From Callorhinchus milii (lineage: Eukaryota), in contig NW_024704743.1 in assembly GCF_018977255.1 (NCBI RefSeq), positions 17,982,001 to 18,046,000 on the forward strand: DNA of 64,000 bases, read 5' to 3'. The translations under genes and the position numbers were made by a program. The notes beneath the pieces are model-generated. The model was not told the DNA's origin. It ran no database searches and saw only the letters and a program-made list of their open reading frames with translations. Positions 1-11,976 of this stretch are shown here, one piece after another. Each line of letters begins with the position of its first letter. Positions within the stretch are counted from its first letter, which is position 1.

Positions 1-2611
1 ATAACCAGGAGGTCGAGACAATATGAGTGGAAATAAAAAATAATAAAGGGCAGAAAATATTAATGGGAGTGGTTTATAGACCCCCAAATAGCGATGACAA
101 TATAGCACAGGGTATCAATCAAGAAATCAGTGGAACATGCAGGAAAGGTAAAGCGATAATAGTGGGTGATTTCAATCTCCACATAGATTGGGAAAACCAA
201 ATCGCAAAAGTAGGTCAGAAGAAGAGTTCGTTGAGTGTATGAGAGAGAACTTTCTAGAGCAGCATGCCGAGGAACCAACTAGGGGACAGGCCATCCTAGA
301 CCTTGTTTTGTGTAACGAAACAGGGCTAGTTGGCAGTGTAGGTATTAAGAATCCTCTAGGGCAGAGTGATCACAATATGATTGAATTCTGCATTAAGTTA
401 GAGAGGGATATAGTTAAATCCGAGGCAAGTATTCTGAATTTAAATAGGGCTAATTTTGTAGGTATGAGGAAAGATTTAGGTAAAATAGACTGGAGAATAA
501 GATTAAGAGGTAAAAATGTAGACCAACAGTGGCAAATATTTAAGGATGTAGTGCAAAATTCTCAGCGGTCGCATATTCCCTTGCGGAATAAGAGCATCAC
601 AGGGAAAGCAATTCATCCGTGGCTAACTAGAGCAGTTAGGGAAAGCATCAAATTAAAAGAAAAGGCTTATAAAACTGCCAAGAAAAGCAGCAAATCTGAA
701 GATTGGGAGAGTTTTAGAAACCAGCAAAATAAAACTAAAAAACTCATTAAGAGCGAGAAAAAGGAGTATGAGGGTAAGCTAGCTAGGAACATTAAGTCTG
801 ATTGTAAAAGTTTTTATAAATATATTAAGAGGAATAGGCTAGTGAGGGTAAATGTAGGTCCACTTCAGTCAGAGACAGGAGAAGTTGTAACGGGGGATAA
901 GGACATGGATAAATGGGTACTTTGCATCTGTCTTCACCCTAGAAGTCTGCCAAAAATAGAGATGCACCAAGGGGATAAGGATAGGGAGCAACTTAGGGAA
1001 ATTTTCGTTAGTAGAGAATTGGTGCTAGGGAAACTGTTAGCACTAAAAAGTGACAAATCCCCTGGTCCGGATGGCTTGCATCCCAGGGTTTTAAAAAAGG
1101 TAGCTTATGAAATAGTGGAGGCCCTATGTCTGTTCTTCCAAAATTCCTTATTCTGGAACAGTCCCCATGGATTGGAAGATCGCAAATGTCACACCACTAT
1201 TTAAAAAAGGTGGAAAGGACAAGATGGGGAGTTAGTCTCACATCAGTGATAGGAAAAAATTTAGAATCATTGATTAAGGATGTGGTAGTGCGGTATTTAG
1301 GGGAGCACAACATAATTAGCCAAGTCAACATGGCTTTACAAAAGGGAAGTCATGTTTGACAAATCTCATAGAGTTTTTTGAGGATATTTCCAGTAAACTA
1401 GATAAGGGTGAATCAGTGGATGTGGTCTATTTGGACTTCCAGAAGGCATTCGATAAGGTGCCGCATAAAAGGTTAGTCCAAAAGATAAGGGCCCATGGAA
1501 TTGGGGGGAGCATATTAACGTGGATTGGGGAATGGTTAACGGGTAGGAAACAAAGAGTAGGGATAAACAGGTCCTTTTCAGATTGGCGGGATGTGACTAG
1601 TGGAGTGCCACACGGATCAGTCTTTGGGTCTCAGCTATTTACCATCTACATCAACGATCTAGATGAGGACGTCAAAGTTAATATATCTAAATGACACAAA
1701 ACTAGGAGGAAGTGTCAACACAGAGGACGACATTAAAAAAATGCAGTGAGACATAGATAGGTTAGGTGATTGGGCAGGTAGGTTGCAGATGAAGTATAAT
1801 GTAGGGAAGTGCGAAGTCATCCACCTAGGTAGCAAAAACAGTAGAGCGGGTTATTTTTTAGAAGGGGAGAGATTGGAATGTGTTAGCGTCCAGAGGGACT
1901 TGGGTGTCCTTGTACACCAATCACAGAAAGTTAGTCTGCAGGTGCAGCAACAATTAGGAAGGCGAACGGTATGTTAGCATTCATTATGAAAGGATTAGAG
2001 TATAAGAGTAGGGAAGTCTTGCTGCAACTGTATAGGGCCCTGGTGAGACCACACTTGGAATACTGTGTGCAGTTTTGGTCTCCTCATTTAAGGAAGGATG
2101 TTCTTGCCTTGGAGGGGGTGCAGCGTAGATTTACTAGGTTAGTACCAGGGATGAAGGGGTTGAGTTACAAGGATAGGCTAACCAATTTGGGCCTATATTC
2201 TCTAGAATATAGAAGAATTAGAGGGGATCTTATAGAAACCTATAAGATCATCAAAGGGCATGATAGAGTAGATAGTGGGAGATTGTTTCCCCTGGTTGGA
2301 GAAACTAAAACCAGGGGTCACAACCTTAAAATCAGAGGCCAGCCCTTTCGCACTGAGTTGAGGAAGAACTTCTTCACTCAAAGGATGGTGAATGTATGGA
2401 ACTCGCTAACCCAAAGAGCTGTTGACGCTCAGTCCTTGAACATATTCAAGACTGAGATAGATAGATTTCTTATTGCAAAAGGGATTAAGGGATATGGGGA
2501 TAAGACAGGGTCAGGTTATTAGCTGGAGTTAGATTAGAAGATCAGCCATGATTGAATGGCGGGGAAGGCTCGAAGGGCCGAATGGCCTACTCCTGGTCCT
2601 ACATGTTATAT
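1..2611 (+). mobile_element. CR1-clade LINE, ORF2 (APE endonuclease + RT) plus 3' UTR; frameshifted, 5' end outside window
   Basis: Successive ORFs carry APE motifs (VYRPP, GDFN, LDLVL, SDH) and RT motifs (KSPGPDG, LDFQKAFDKVPH, GVPHGS), then the C-terminal [11 protein letters not shown]...[13 protein letters not shown]...TRGH. The FADD motif is lost by a small deletion near 1690. The 3' UTR (gaagggccgaatggcctactcctg) ends in a short ttat repeat. Confidence 0.96.
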
Positions 2612-2755
2612 TATAGATAGATAGATGAATAGATGGATGGGTGGATGGGTGGGTGGGTGGGTAGGTAGGTAGGTAGATAGATAGGTGGGTAGATAGATAG
2701 GTGGGTAGGTAGATAGGTGGGTAGGTAGATAGGTGGATAGGTAGATAGGTAGATG
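2612..2755. repeat. Compound (AGAT)n/(GGGT)n/(AGGT)n microsatellite at the CR1 tail
   Basis: Tetranucleotide arrays directly visible. Confidence 0.95.
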
Positions 2756-2779
2756 GCGATATGAATGGGTCAAGAATGG

Positions 2780-3500
2780 GAGTGTCAGAAGTTAGGGGCA
2801 TAGAAGCAGAAAGCTCTGTTCCTGAGAGTAGGGCAGCAAGCTTGAGTTAGTCAATAGGATGGGGTTGAGTACAATAGTGGGGTATGAAGAAATCAGAGAG
2901 TTAGGGAGATGCTAGGGCATGAAGGACATAAGGCAGGATGAGGACCGTGACATTTTTTTTGGTCAGCCGGAATCTGACACATGCGGAAACCCATCACCAT
3001 GTTTCGCAGTATCCAAACCAAGCTGAGATTTCCAGGCATCCCACCTACACATGGAAATTCCAGCGATAGATTGTTGGAATGGAATGCGCACTCTCTCCCT
3101 GGAGGAACGGATCCTGCTTATGCGATTCCAGAAAGTATTAGGCGCAGGTTGGCAAGAACTAAGGCTTGGGGACCCTAGAGTGTGCATTGGGGGTACTGTT
3201 GAGTCTCACCAGGTAATACTGCATAGCTTGCCATTGATATCTCTGTCTGGCAAGCTTTCCCGCTGCTGTCCAGCTAGGACCACCCTACCCGAATGGGCTT
3301 TGGCTTGCAGGGTTAACAGGAGTTGAATGGGATAACTCCTTGCCCCCAATGACTGGTCTGCCATTCCATGCCCTATCAATGAGCCTTGAAATCAGTCTGC
3401 TGAGAGATAGGGAGTCAGTGGAACCTGGTGAGGACTAGAGTGATGGACATGCAGAGTTGGTGCAGGTGAGGTTGTGAATAGTACAGCTTTGAATATGATG
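2780..3500 (-). mobile_element. Old L2 3' fragment, split by the poly(A) retroposon insertion
   Basis: 2780-2950 and 3396-3500 resemble contiguous parts of the L2 reverse complement (gagtcagtggaacctggtgagg...). Confidence 0.55.
2953..3395 (-). mobile_element. Unclassified poly(A)-tailed retroposon 3' region (copy 1)
   Basis: Reverse complement ends in ...gtgtcagattccggctgacc-A8. Homologous to seven other segments in the window. Confidence 0.8.
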
Positions 3501-3692
3501 AAGTTAGACCCCAATTATAGCAATAACAGTGAACTCATATCAGATAAATCTTAATATTGGATGGGATCTTGGGATGATCTCCCGATATGAAAGGAACTAT
3601 ATAATGCAATTTGTTGTTGTTGCAATTAACATTGTTGGGTATATTTAAGTGTGTTATTGGAATAACCTAGAATATAGGACAGATTTGATGAT

Positions 3693-4029
3693 TAATAATA
3701 ATAATAAATAATAATAATAATCCTTGCATTTGATATAGCGCTTTTCACGTCGGGAGGACGTCCCAAAGCGCTTCACAGAACACACTGTAAAGTGAATTGA
3801 CTGTATATTTGTGGGCGAACGCGGCAGCCAATTGCGCACAGCAATGTCCCACAAACAGTCGGAGATTGAAAATGACCAATTTAATTATTGTTTTTGTTTT
3901 TTTGGAGGGATTATTATTAGGCGTGTGGAGTAAGGAAACTTGCCCAAGGTTTCGCCCTCTGCCTGGAATTGAACTCAGGTCTCTCACTTGCAAAGCGAGT
4001 GCTCTAACCACTGAGCTACAGGACTCCAC
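3693..4029 (-). mobile_element. tRNA-derived SINE, young short subfamily, full length
   Basis: Head gtggagtcctgtagctcagtggttagagc (A box) and gagttcaattcc (B box); Deu-like 3' segment; L2-like tail; (tta)n. Confidence 0.93.
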
Positions 4030-4219
4030 ATTAAACAGCTAAAGCGAAATACTCAAATTGTTAGAGTGCATTATTGACCCTTTTAATTGCGGCAAAGTTT
4101 AAATGTAGATACAATACAATACAAAATTACATTAGGATGTCCCCAGGTGTTGGATAAAGATACAGAACACAAAATAGTTTAAGACAGTTTAATGCTAATA
4201 ATTTAGAGGGATTCCTGAA

Positions 4220-4420
4220 CCTCTGGAACTCCCTTCCTCAATCCCTTTGCTTTGCCCTCTCTTTTCCCAACTTCCAAATGCACCTGAAGACGTTCCTCTT
4301 CAACTGTGCGTATGGTTATCTCCCTGCTTTGACGTCATTCCGCCATTGTTAAATGCTCTGAATGCATTTTTATGTAGCGCCTTAAAAAGGGTACTATATA
4401 AATGCAAGTTGTTGTTGCTT
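4220..4420 (+). mobile_element. Degraded L2 3' end
   Basis: ctctggaactccct ... tatataaatgcaagttgttgttg tail. Confidence 0.65.
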
Positions 4421-5119
4421 AACAAAATCTATGCCTGGGAATGATTGAACTTTAAGCCAGTCCTACTAAATGGTATTAATAATGGAATCAATTGATATGC
4501 AACAATCACACATCCTCATTGCTAAACCTTTAACTGTAGCTTCCACCAGAAGAGGATTAAAAAGGCTGCAAACAGGAATTTTTTTTACAGTAATATCAAA
4601 AATTAAGTTTACAACACATCCTGCCTGGTAATAGCCTTATCATGAAGTTCCTTCTGCTTGTTTTGATAATGAGCTTACGGATGGACAGTATCTCTTTAGA
4701 GTCTGTAAGGAGCCTTCTCTGATACACTATACTTCTATAATACAGTCTATATGATCCAAGCATAACTTTGATCCATGCGTAGAATTGCAATGCCCCCAAT
4801 CTTTTTCTGTCCATGTCATTGTACAGAATTCCTAGTGCAAGCATCAGATATTATTAAACCCCAGATCTACTCGCAGGCAATCGCACAATTTAGAAATCTA
4901 ATCATATTTATGTAAAACACTGTGGAATTGGGGTTATATATTGCATGTTATTGCAATTATTGCTGAACTATTGTGAAAGTCACTTTTTAAATGACTGCTT
5001 CTTTTGGAAAAAAAACAGTTTTATTGCTGTGGAAATCATAACCTTGTATTTAGAAGATGATAAACCATGTATTGGGTGTGACACATCATGTTCCACAGTG
5101 TGCTTTTAACTGTATGCTT

Positions 5120-5770
5120 GTACGGAGGTGGCGTCCTTCGGATGAGACATTAAATGCAGGTACCATCTGCCCATTCAGGTGAATGCTAAAGATGCCATGG
5201 AACAATTCAACAAGAAAAGGAAATTTTTTCCCATGTCCTGGCCAACAATCTCGCTAATAATATTGATCATTCACTTCTTGGCTGTTTGGGGGACATTGCT
5301 GTGCAACAAATTGACTACAGTATTTTCCTACAAAATACAGACATTACATATTACAATAAATCCTGTGAAGGGCTTTTATACATAAATAATAATAATAATA
5401 ATAATCCTTGCATTTGATATAGCACTTTTCACGTCGGGAGGACGTCCCAAAGCGCTCACAGAACACACTGTAAAGTGAATTGACTGTATATCTGTGGGCG
5501 AACGCAGCAGCCAATTGCGCACAGCAATGTCCCACAAACAGTCGTAGATTGAAAATGACCAATTTATTATTGTTTTTGGTTTTTGGAGGGATTATTATTA
5601 GGCGTGTGGAGTAAGGAAACTTACCCAAGGTTTTGCCCTGCCTGGAATTGAACCCAGGTCTCTCACTTACAAAGCGAGTGCTCTAACCACTGAGCTACAG
5701 GACTCCACGTCCTGCAGCATCCTACATCCTACTGATGTGAAAGGCACTATATCAAATGGAAGGATAAATA
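5120..5770 (+). mobile_element. Old DeuSINE-like element (5120-5378 plus tail 5709-5770), interrupted by a young SINE
   Basis: ggaggtggcgtccttcggatgagacattaaa...caggtgaatgctaaagatgccatgg...gtcctggccaa...gctgtttgggggacattgctgtg follows the Deu-domain pattern. The tail resumes after 5708. Confidence 0.75.
5384..5708 (-). mobile_element. tRNA-derived SINE, young short subfamily, full length
   Basis: Near-identical to 3693-4029. Confidence 0.93.
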
Positions 5771-7005
5771 TTTTTTACATAACAAAGAAGTTCCAATGTC
5801 TCGATTTGATCGAATTAATGAATACCTGGCTGAGCAAGCTTTAATACAAAGATTTATAGAGTTTAGGATAACATTTTCTTTGCCAAACAGAAAATGTGAT
5901 TGTCAAGATTCAACCATTCCGAATAATTCAAAACACTGCCTAAAATATTGGAACCTTTCTGTTTTTAAGAGTGCTAGTGGTGTCTGAAACTCTGGCATAC
6001 TTCAAAGACCCAAAGACGCAACATCTTTAAGCATGAACTTAGTAAGTAATATTTTGCTTGTAAAGCTGTAGTAATGCTTGCTCTCTGATTTACTGCTAAA
6101 TGCTAGGAAAATTGTAGTTCAATTTGCTAGCATTGTACATCAAACAGTACCTTGCCAAACATTTATTGATAACGCTTTCAACATTTGTTTATCATCCTCA
6201 AATATATTCTGCTGATGGGGGAGAGACAGTGGTTGGGTCAAAGAACAATAGCAGGAGGAGATAGATGAGAAAAGCGTATTCAGCAGAGATTTGATAACTG
6301 TCATCACTGCAGCAATGTCCTGACAATTGGAAAAATGACTTTCTCTGGAGCAACATGGGAAACACATTAAAGGCAGTGCTGGAAGAATATGGGGCGCTAT
6401 AAGCAGGGTTACCAATTAGATTTCAACTTATTGAACAGGTAAACACTAGCTGTTAATTGAGTTGGAGGGCAGCTGAAAAGGTCTATTAGATAACACAGTC
6501 CTCTTTTTCTAATACTCTTTTCGGCAAGTAATGCTGTGAGTTGGAGAGAAAATTGCCATGTTATAAAGATATCTCACTGTATTTAACGCTGGGTGATTTA
6601 TTTTACTTCAATTCTTGCTGTGCTTTAACAGAATAAATTAATTGCCACCGTCACTAACTGTACTTATAGGTGAAAGAATTATTGTGTCCTAAGTAATACA
6701 GTAAAGACAATTTGCACTTTTATACAGTGTTTCTATGTGATTCTCCTCAGGGTTCCAGGTAATGGATTTCTCTCCAGCAATACGAGTTAATATCTCGTTT
6801 GTGGTCAAAGTTTCTCCCTCTTGCCAAGGATTTAAAACTTTGCTTGTGGGCTGGCTGTCAGAGCTGTGCCTATCATTTTCAGCTGGCCCCAATGGGTAGA
6901 TGATCTGGGTTCAGATTATATTTTTTGCAGGGAGCTTTTGTTGGAACTCATCAAGGTTTTAGATTTGAATTCTGGAGAATGGAATCATTTCCAATTTCAG
7001 CTATG

Positions 7006-7348
7006 GTGGAGTCCTGTAGCATGTTATTGAGAGCACTCGCCTCACAAGAGACAGGACCCGGGTTTGATACCCGGATAGTGCGAAGCGTTAGGCAGATTTT
7101 GGTACCCCACACGTCTCTGTTTACCCAGCAGTAAGTAGGAACTCGGTTGTTAGTCGAGTGGCGGATTGCTTTTCCGGGGGTAATAATCCCTTGTAATAAT
7201 ACATGACTGTTTGTGGGACACTGCTGTGCGCAATTGGCTGCTGCGTTTCACCCACATAATATATAGTTATTTCACTTTACAGTATATTCTGTGAAGCACT
7301 TTGAGACGTCTTGAAGGTGCTATATCAAATGCTGGGATTATTATTATT
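7006..7348 (+). mobile_element. tRNA-derived SINE, long subfamily
   Basis: Same head; extra internal block gtttacccagcagtaagtaggaactcggttgttagtcg...; tail ggattattattatt. Confidence 0.9.
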
Positions 7349-7588
7349 TTCATGGGAATTTTGCAATTTAAAGCTGCTTTTGCTACGCCCCAGTAAAGTG
7401 GCTCAGCCCCAGGCTCAGCAGAGTACCTTCTACCTCATCAATGACATTTCCACTTCCTACACCAGTCATCTTGGTGACCTTTAGGAAGGAGTTTGCCAAT
7501 TATTATCAGATTAGGGTAGCTCTGTGCTGTTTACTCACAGTCACTGAGAACAGTATCAATTGCTTTCAGATACATCCGGACAGCAGAG

Positions 7589-9010
7589 CAACAACCACAA
7601 CCTGCATTTATACAGTGCCCTTCACGCGGGGTAGTGTCCCGGAGAACTTCACAGTGACAGAGTTTGATCCCGAGCCAGGGTGAGAGGGAGGGGAAGGTGA
7701 CTGTAAGCATGATCAAAAGGGAAGGTATTTAGGTGGGGATTTGAAAGTGGGGAGGGAAAGGGCAAGGCAGAGGGATTGAGGGAAAGAGTTCCAGAGTTTG
7801 GGGGCGTAGTGGCTGAAGGCACGGCCACCGATGAGGAACAAACAGGAGGCCGGAGGCAGAGAGTGGTGGAGTGGGGGGTAAGCAAATTACATAAGTGGGT
7901 AGTGCGAGGGCATGAAAGGACTTGAAAATAATTGAGAGGATATTGAAATCGATCCATTCGGTAATTGGGAGCCAGTGGAGCCTGGCAAAGACTGGTGTGA
8001 TGCGGGTACGGAGTTCTGTGCGGGTGAGAATCCGGGCGGCGGAGTTCTGAATTAGTTGTATTTTGTGTATTGTGGAGCTGGAGGGCATTGGAATAGTCCT
8101 GCTTTTGTTGAGAGGTATGGACGGAGGCGGACAATGTGACGGAGGTGGAAAAAAGCAGTCCTGGTCAGGAAACGGATGTGGGGTAGAAAGGAAAGCTGGG
8201 GATCGAACCTGATGCCTAAGTTGCGCACGGGTTTGGTGTCTCTGAGGGAGAGCCCGGGGAGGTTGAGGAGTTCAGACCCGCATGAGAGAAGACGTTGACG
8301 GGAGCCAAAGAGTATGGCTTCCGTCTTGCCGACATTCAGCTGCAGGAAATTTGCGCCCGTCCACACCTTGATGTGCATCAAGCAAGTTGACAGGACATCA
8401 GCTACAGGAGGGAGCATGTAGATAAGGACTTTCCCTTAAGGAGGCCAAGGCTAGAGCCTTGGGGTACCCAGCAGGTGACCAAATGGGGGCGGGAGGAGAA
8501 ACCATTTCTGAAATGTGTTGATGGCAATTATTTAAGTAGGACTCGAACCAGGCTAGTGCGGTCCCACTAAGGTGGACGAGGGAATAGAGGTGGTGGAGGA
8601 GGATAGCGTGATTGAATGTGTCAAACACAGTGGAGAGATTCAGGAGAACAAGGAGTTAGAGGGAGCCTTGATCACAGAGAGAGATGTCATTTGTTACTTT
8701 GATGAGCGTTGTCTCTGTGCTGTGGGCAGGGCGAAAACTGGACTGGAGGGTTTCGAGTAGGGAGTGGAAAGAGAGGTGAGAGCAAAGTTGATTTGCGATG
8801 ATGGGTTCCAAAACTTTGGCCAGGAAGTCTAACGTTTGTGGGGTTGGAGGGAACGAGGGTGGGTTTCTTAAGCAGAGGAGTGATGACAGTGGTTTTGAGG
8901 GGGAGTGGGACAGAGCTTGAGGAGAGGGACTGTTTGATTGTGTCAGCCGGCAGTGGGCAGAGGAGGGGGAGTTGAGTGACCAGAAGCTCAATGGGGAGGG
9001 GTTAGGATGA
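7589..9010 (-). mobile_element. L2-clade LINE (second tail subfamily), 5'-truncated, RT remnant
   Basis: Minus-strand ORFs LQSSFRPAHSTET, FDTFNHAILL, NFLQLNVGKTE, NLGIRFD, QLIQNSAARIL; (caa)n tail at 7589. Confidence 0.92.
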
Positions 9011-9759
9011 TTAATAACTTTAGAACAAGTTAGCAGAAAAGGTTGTTGAGGCCAGGATACTGGACTGATTTAAGAACCAACTTGACTCTGTAAAGGAAAG
9101 AGAGTAGGGTGGGTATTCTGGAATGATGAGATCAAATGGGACCTAGACTTTCTTCACGTTGGGAGGACATCCCAAAGCGCTGAGTGATCATTCTTATGAT
9201 CATGGATGATCTTGTGAAGAATGTCCAAACTCATTTCAGTTAGAACCCTTACTTAGAATCCAACTGTCAAAGGAGACACCCATCCCGTCTGGTGAAAACT
9301 CAAACCCCAAATGTGAAAGGACATTGCACTAACCCACTGACCACTGGTTGCTTTTTTTCTTTGGGGGAGGGAGGGGAGGGTGAGAATGAGGGTTGGTAAA
9401 GGTGAGGGGGAGATCAGACACTGGTTCCAGAGAAACCACATCAGCAGTAGAGAATTCTGCAATCTGGGGATGAAAAAAAGGCCCATGGAATCACCTCAAA
9501 TATTTGATTTTTTCATAAGAAATATTATAATAAATATATATATTAAGCCTTCCATTTGATATTAGTGGAAGTCTCAAAGTGCTTCACGGAATATACTGTA
9601 AGATGTAGTGACTATGCATGTTGTAGGCAAACATTGTTACATGTGTTCCATGGCATGTAATGAATGTTACATGTCAAATTGAGTGCTTGACGAACACAGC
9701 TTCTTGGGATTAATGGGAAACAGGTCTAAATCACTAGCACTGGATAGCAGTCGTATTAC

Positions 9760-9810
9760 CTTTCAGGGCCGCATGTATGAAACCCTTTGTTGTCAATTTC
9801 ATTCTCGTCC
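9760..9810 (-). other. Candidate exon (51 nt) of an unidentified minus-strand transcript
   Basis: Acceptor gtgtttctgtccacag, donor aag|gtaata; length divisible by 3. Confidence 0.22.
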
Positions 9811-10334
9811 CTGTGGACAGAAACACACTGAGCACAGGAGGACTCTAATTTAGACAGATCTCACCTTTGCAAAATCAAACTGCTTAAGTTGACAACACTG
9901 TTAGAGTTGTGAGCATATTTTGTGGACTAGGATGTATTGTCAGGGCAATGTCTTAGGCCTTTAAAGTGCTACTTCCTGTATTGCACCACACTAAGAGGTA
10001 CAGTATTAATTATCAAACTGGAAGGAGATTGTGAGGTGGAGTTGATCTTTGGAAATGATGTGAAAGGAAAATCTCCATGTGTGCAGCTGATACTAAATTA
10101 AGAAGCACAACAAATAATGAAGAACAATATATTCAGGCTGAATAGGATTTGAATCATTCCTATGGGTGTGCCAGATTCAGTTCAATCTGATTCATGTAAA
10201 ATAATTAGTGTGAGATCAATCCGGCAACAGAAGGAAGTCTGTGTTAGATGGGACAATATGCAAATATAAAAAAGTATAGTATACTTTTTATACTGTATGA
10301 TTACAGTATTAAAAGGAACCATTTCTGGCTTACA

Positions 10335-10530
10335 TAAATAATAATAAAAACCCTTATATTTGATATAGTGCTTCTCAGTTTGTCTCAAAGCACTTCACAG
10401 GATATACTGTAGTATAATGACTGTATTTTGTAGGCAAACGTGGCAGCCCATTGTGCATAGCAATGTCTGACAAACAGTCACAAAGTAACTACCCAATGTA
10501 TTTGCGGGATTATTGACCAGGAAACCTGGG
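10335..10530 (-). mobile_element. Old SINE 3' fragment (Deu/L2-tail type)
   Basis: aataataa...atttgatatagtg...aaagcacttcacagg...gcagcccattgtgcatagcaatgtc. Confidence 0.7.
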
Positions 10531-10551
10531 GAATCTCCATTCTTCATTAGT

Positions 10552-11976
10552 ACCCCTTCAGTCAGGTTTCCGTGCTGCCCATAGCACAGAAACTGCCCTG
10601 GTCAAGGTCACCAATGATATCCTGACCATCTGTGACCAGGGCTCCCTCTGCCTCCTCGTCCTCCTCGACCTATTGGCAGCATTCGATACGGTCGACCACT
10701 CTATCCTCCTCCACCGCTTGTCCTCCCACCTCAACCTTCAAGGCACTGTCCTTGAGTGGTTTAGGTCGTACCTTTCTCACCGTCTTCACTTTGTCTCTAC
10801 AAATGGCTTCTCCTCCACCCCCCGCACTGTCTCATGTGGTGTCCCTCAGGGCTCTGTCCTCGGTCCCCTCCTCTTCACCCTCTATATGCTCCCCCTTGGT
10901 GACATCATCCGCAGATATGGAGTTAACTTCCACATGTATGCGGATGACACCCAACTCTACCTTTCCTCCTCGACTCTCAACTCCACGACCACCGATGTCG
11001 TGACAGCTGCCTGTCCGACATCGAGTCCTGGACGAGAAACAACATTCTTCAGCCCAACATGCGAAAAACCGAGGCCCTCCTGATTGGCTCACGTCAACGC
11101 CTCCGCACCTCAGGCGCTGACACCATCAGCATCCAAGGCTGCACTCTCCACCTCTCAAAGCCAGTCAGGAACCTCGGCGTTTTGTTCGACCCTGAGCTGT
11201 CCTTTCTCCCTCACATCCGCACCACAACTGGCACCGCCTTCCATCACCTCCGGAACATCGTCAGACTACGGCACTACCTCACCCCTCACGCTGCTAAAAC
11301 CCTGGTCCACGCCTTTGTCACCTCAAGGCTGGACTATGGGACTCTCTCCTCGCCGGCCTTCCCGCCACCTCCCTCCACAAGCTGCAGGTCATTCAGAACT
11401 CTGCAGCTCGTGTACTGTCCCGCACCAGGCTTCGGGACCTCATCACTCCCACCCTCGCTCGCCTCCACTGGCTCCCCATCCCCCAGAGGATTGATTTCAA
11501 GCTCCTCATCCTCACCTATAAGGCCATCCACGGCCTTGCTCCCTCCTACCTCTCTGACCTACTATCCCCCTACCTACCTGCCCGTACCCTCCGTTCCTCC
11601 GGCTCCGGTCTGCTCCACGTCCCCCGCCCCAATCGCCCTACCATCGGTGGTCGGGCCTTCAGCCTCTCAGCCCCCAGGCTCTGGAACTCCATCCCCCAGT
11701 GCCTTCGCCACCTCCTCCCTTTCCTCCTTCAAGGCCGGTCTCAAAACCTTTCTCTTTGACCGTGCCTTCAGCTCCCCTCTCGACTCTCTTCCCCCTCCTC
11801 GCTCCCTCCCTTCCCTCCCCTCACCCTGACCATTTCCCCCCTCCTCGCTCCCTCCCTTCCCTCCCCTTACCCTAACCATTTCCCCCTGCTCGGGTCCTGA
11901 CCCAACTGTGCAGCGCCTTGGGACGTCCTCCTGACGTGAAAGGCGCTTTATAAATGGAATCTTGTTGTTGTAGTAG
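10552..11976 (+). mobile_element. L2-clade LINE, young, 5'-truncated
   Basis: [48 protein letters not shown]. The 3' end is agcgccttgggacgtcctcctgacgtgaaaggcgct...(ttg)n. Confidence 0.96.

Noticed and set aside
188..2522. Long RT/endonuclease ORFs as a functional gene or a bacterial-type RT system (retron, DGR, group II intron)
   Set aside because: Motifs and 3' UTR are CR1 LINE. The frame is broken several times, the catalytic FADD is deleted, and the context is vertebrate.
11059..11829. Pro/Ser-rich ORFs (also 37964-38626, 48040-48825, 62657-63469)
   Set aside because: Frameshifted readings of C-rich L2 sequence.
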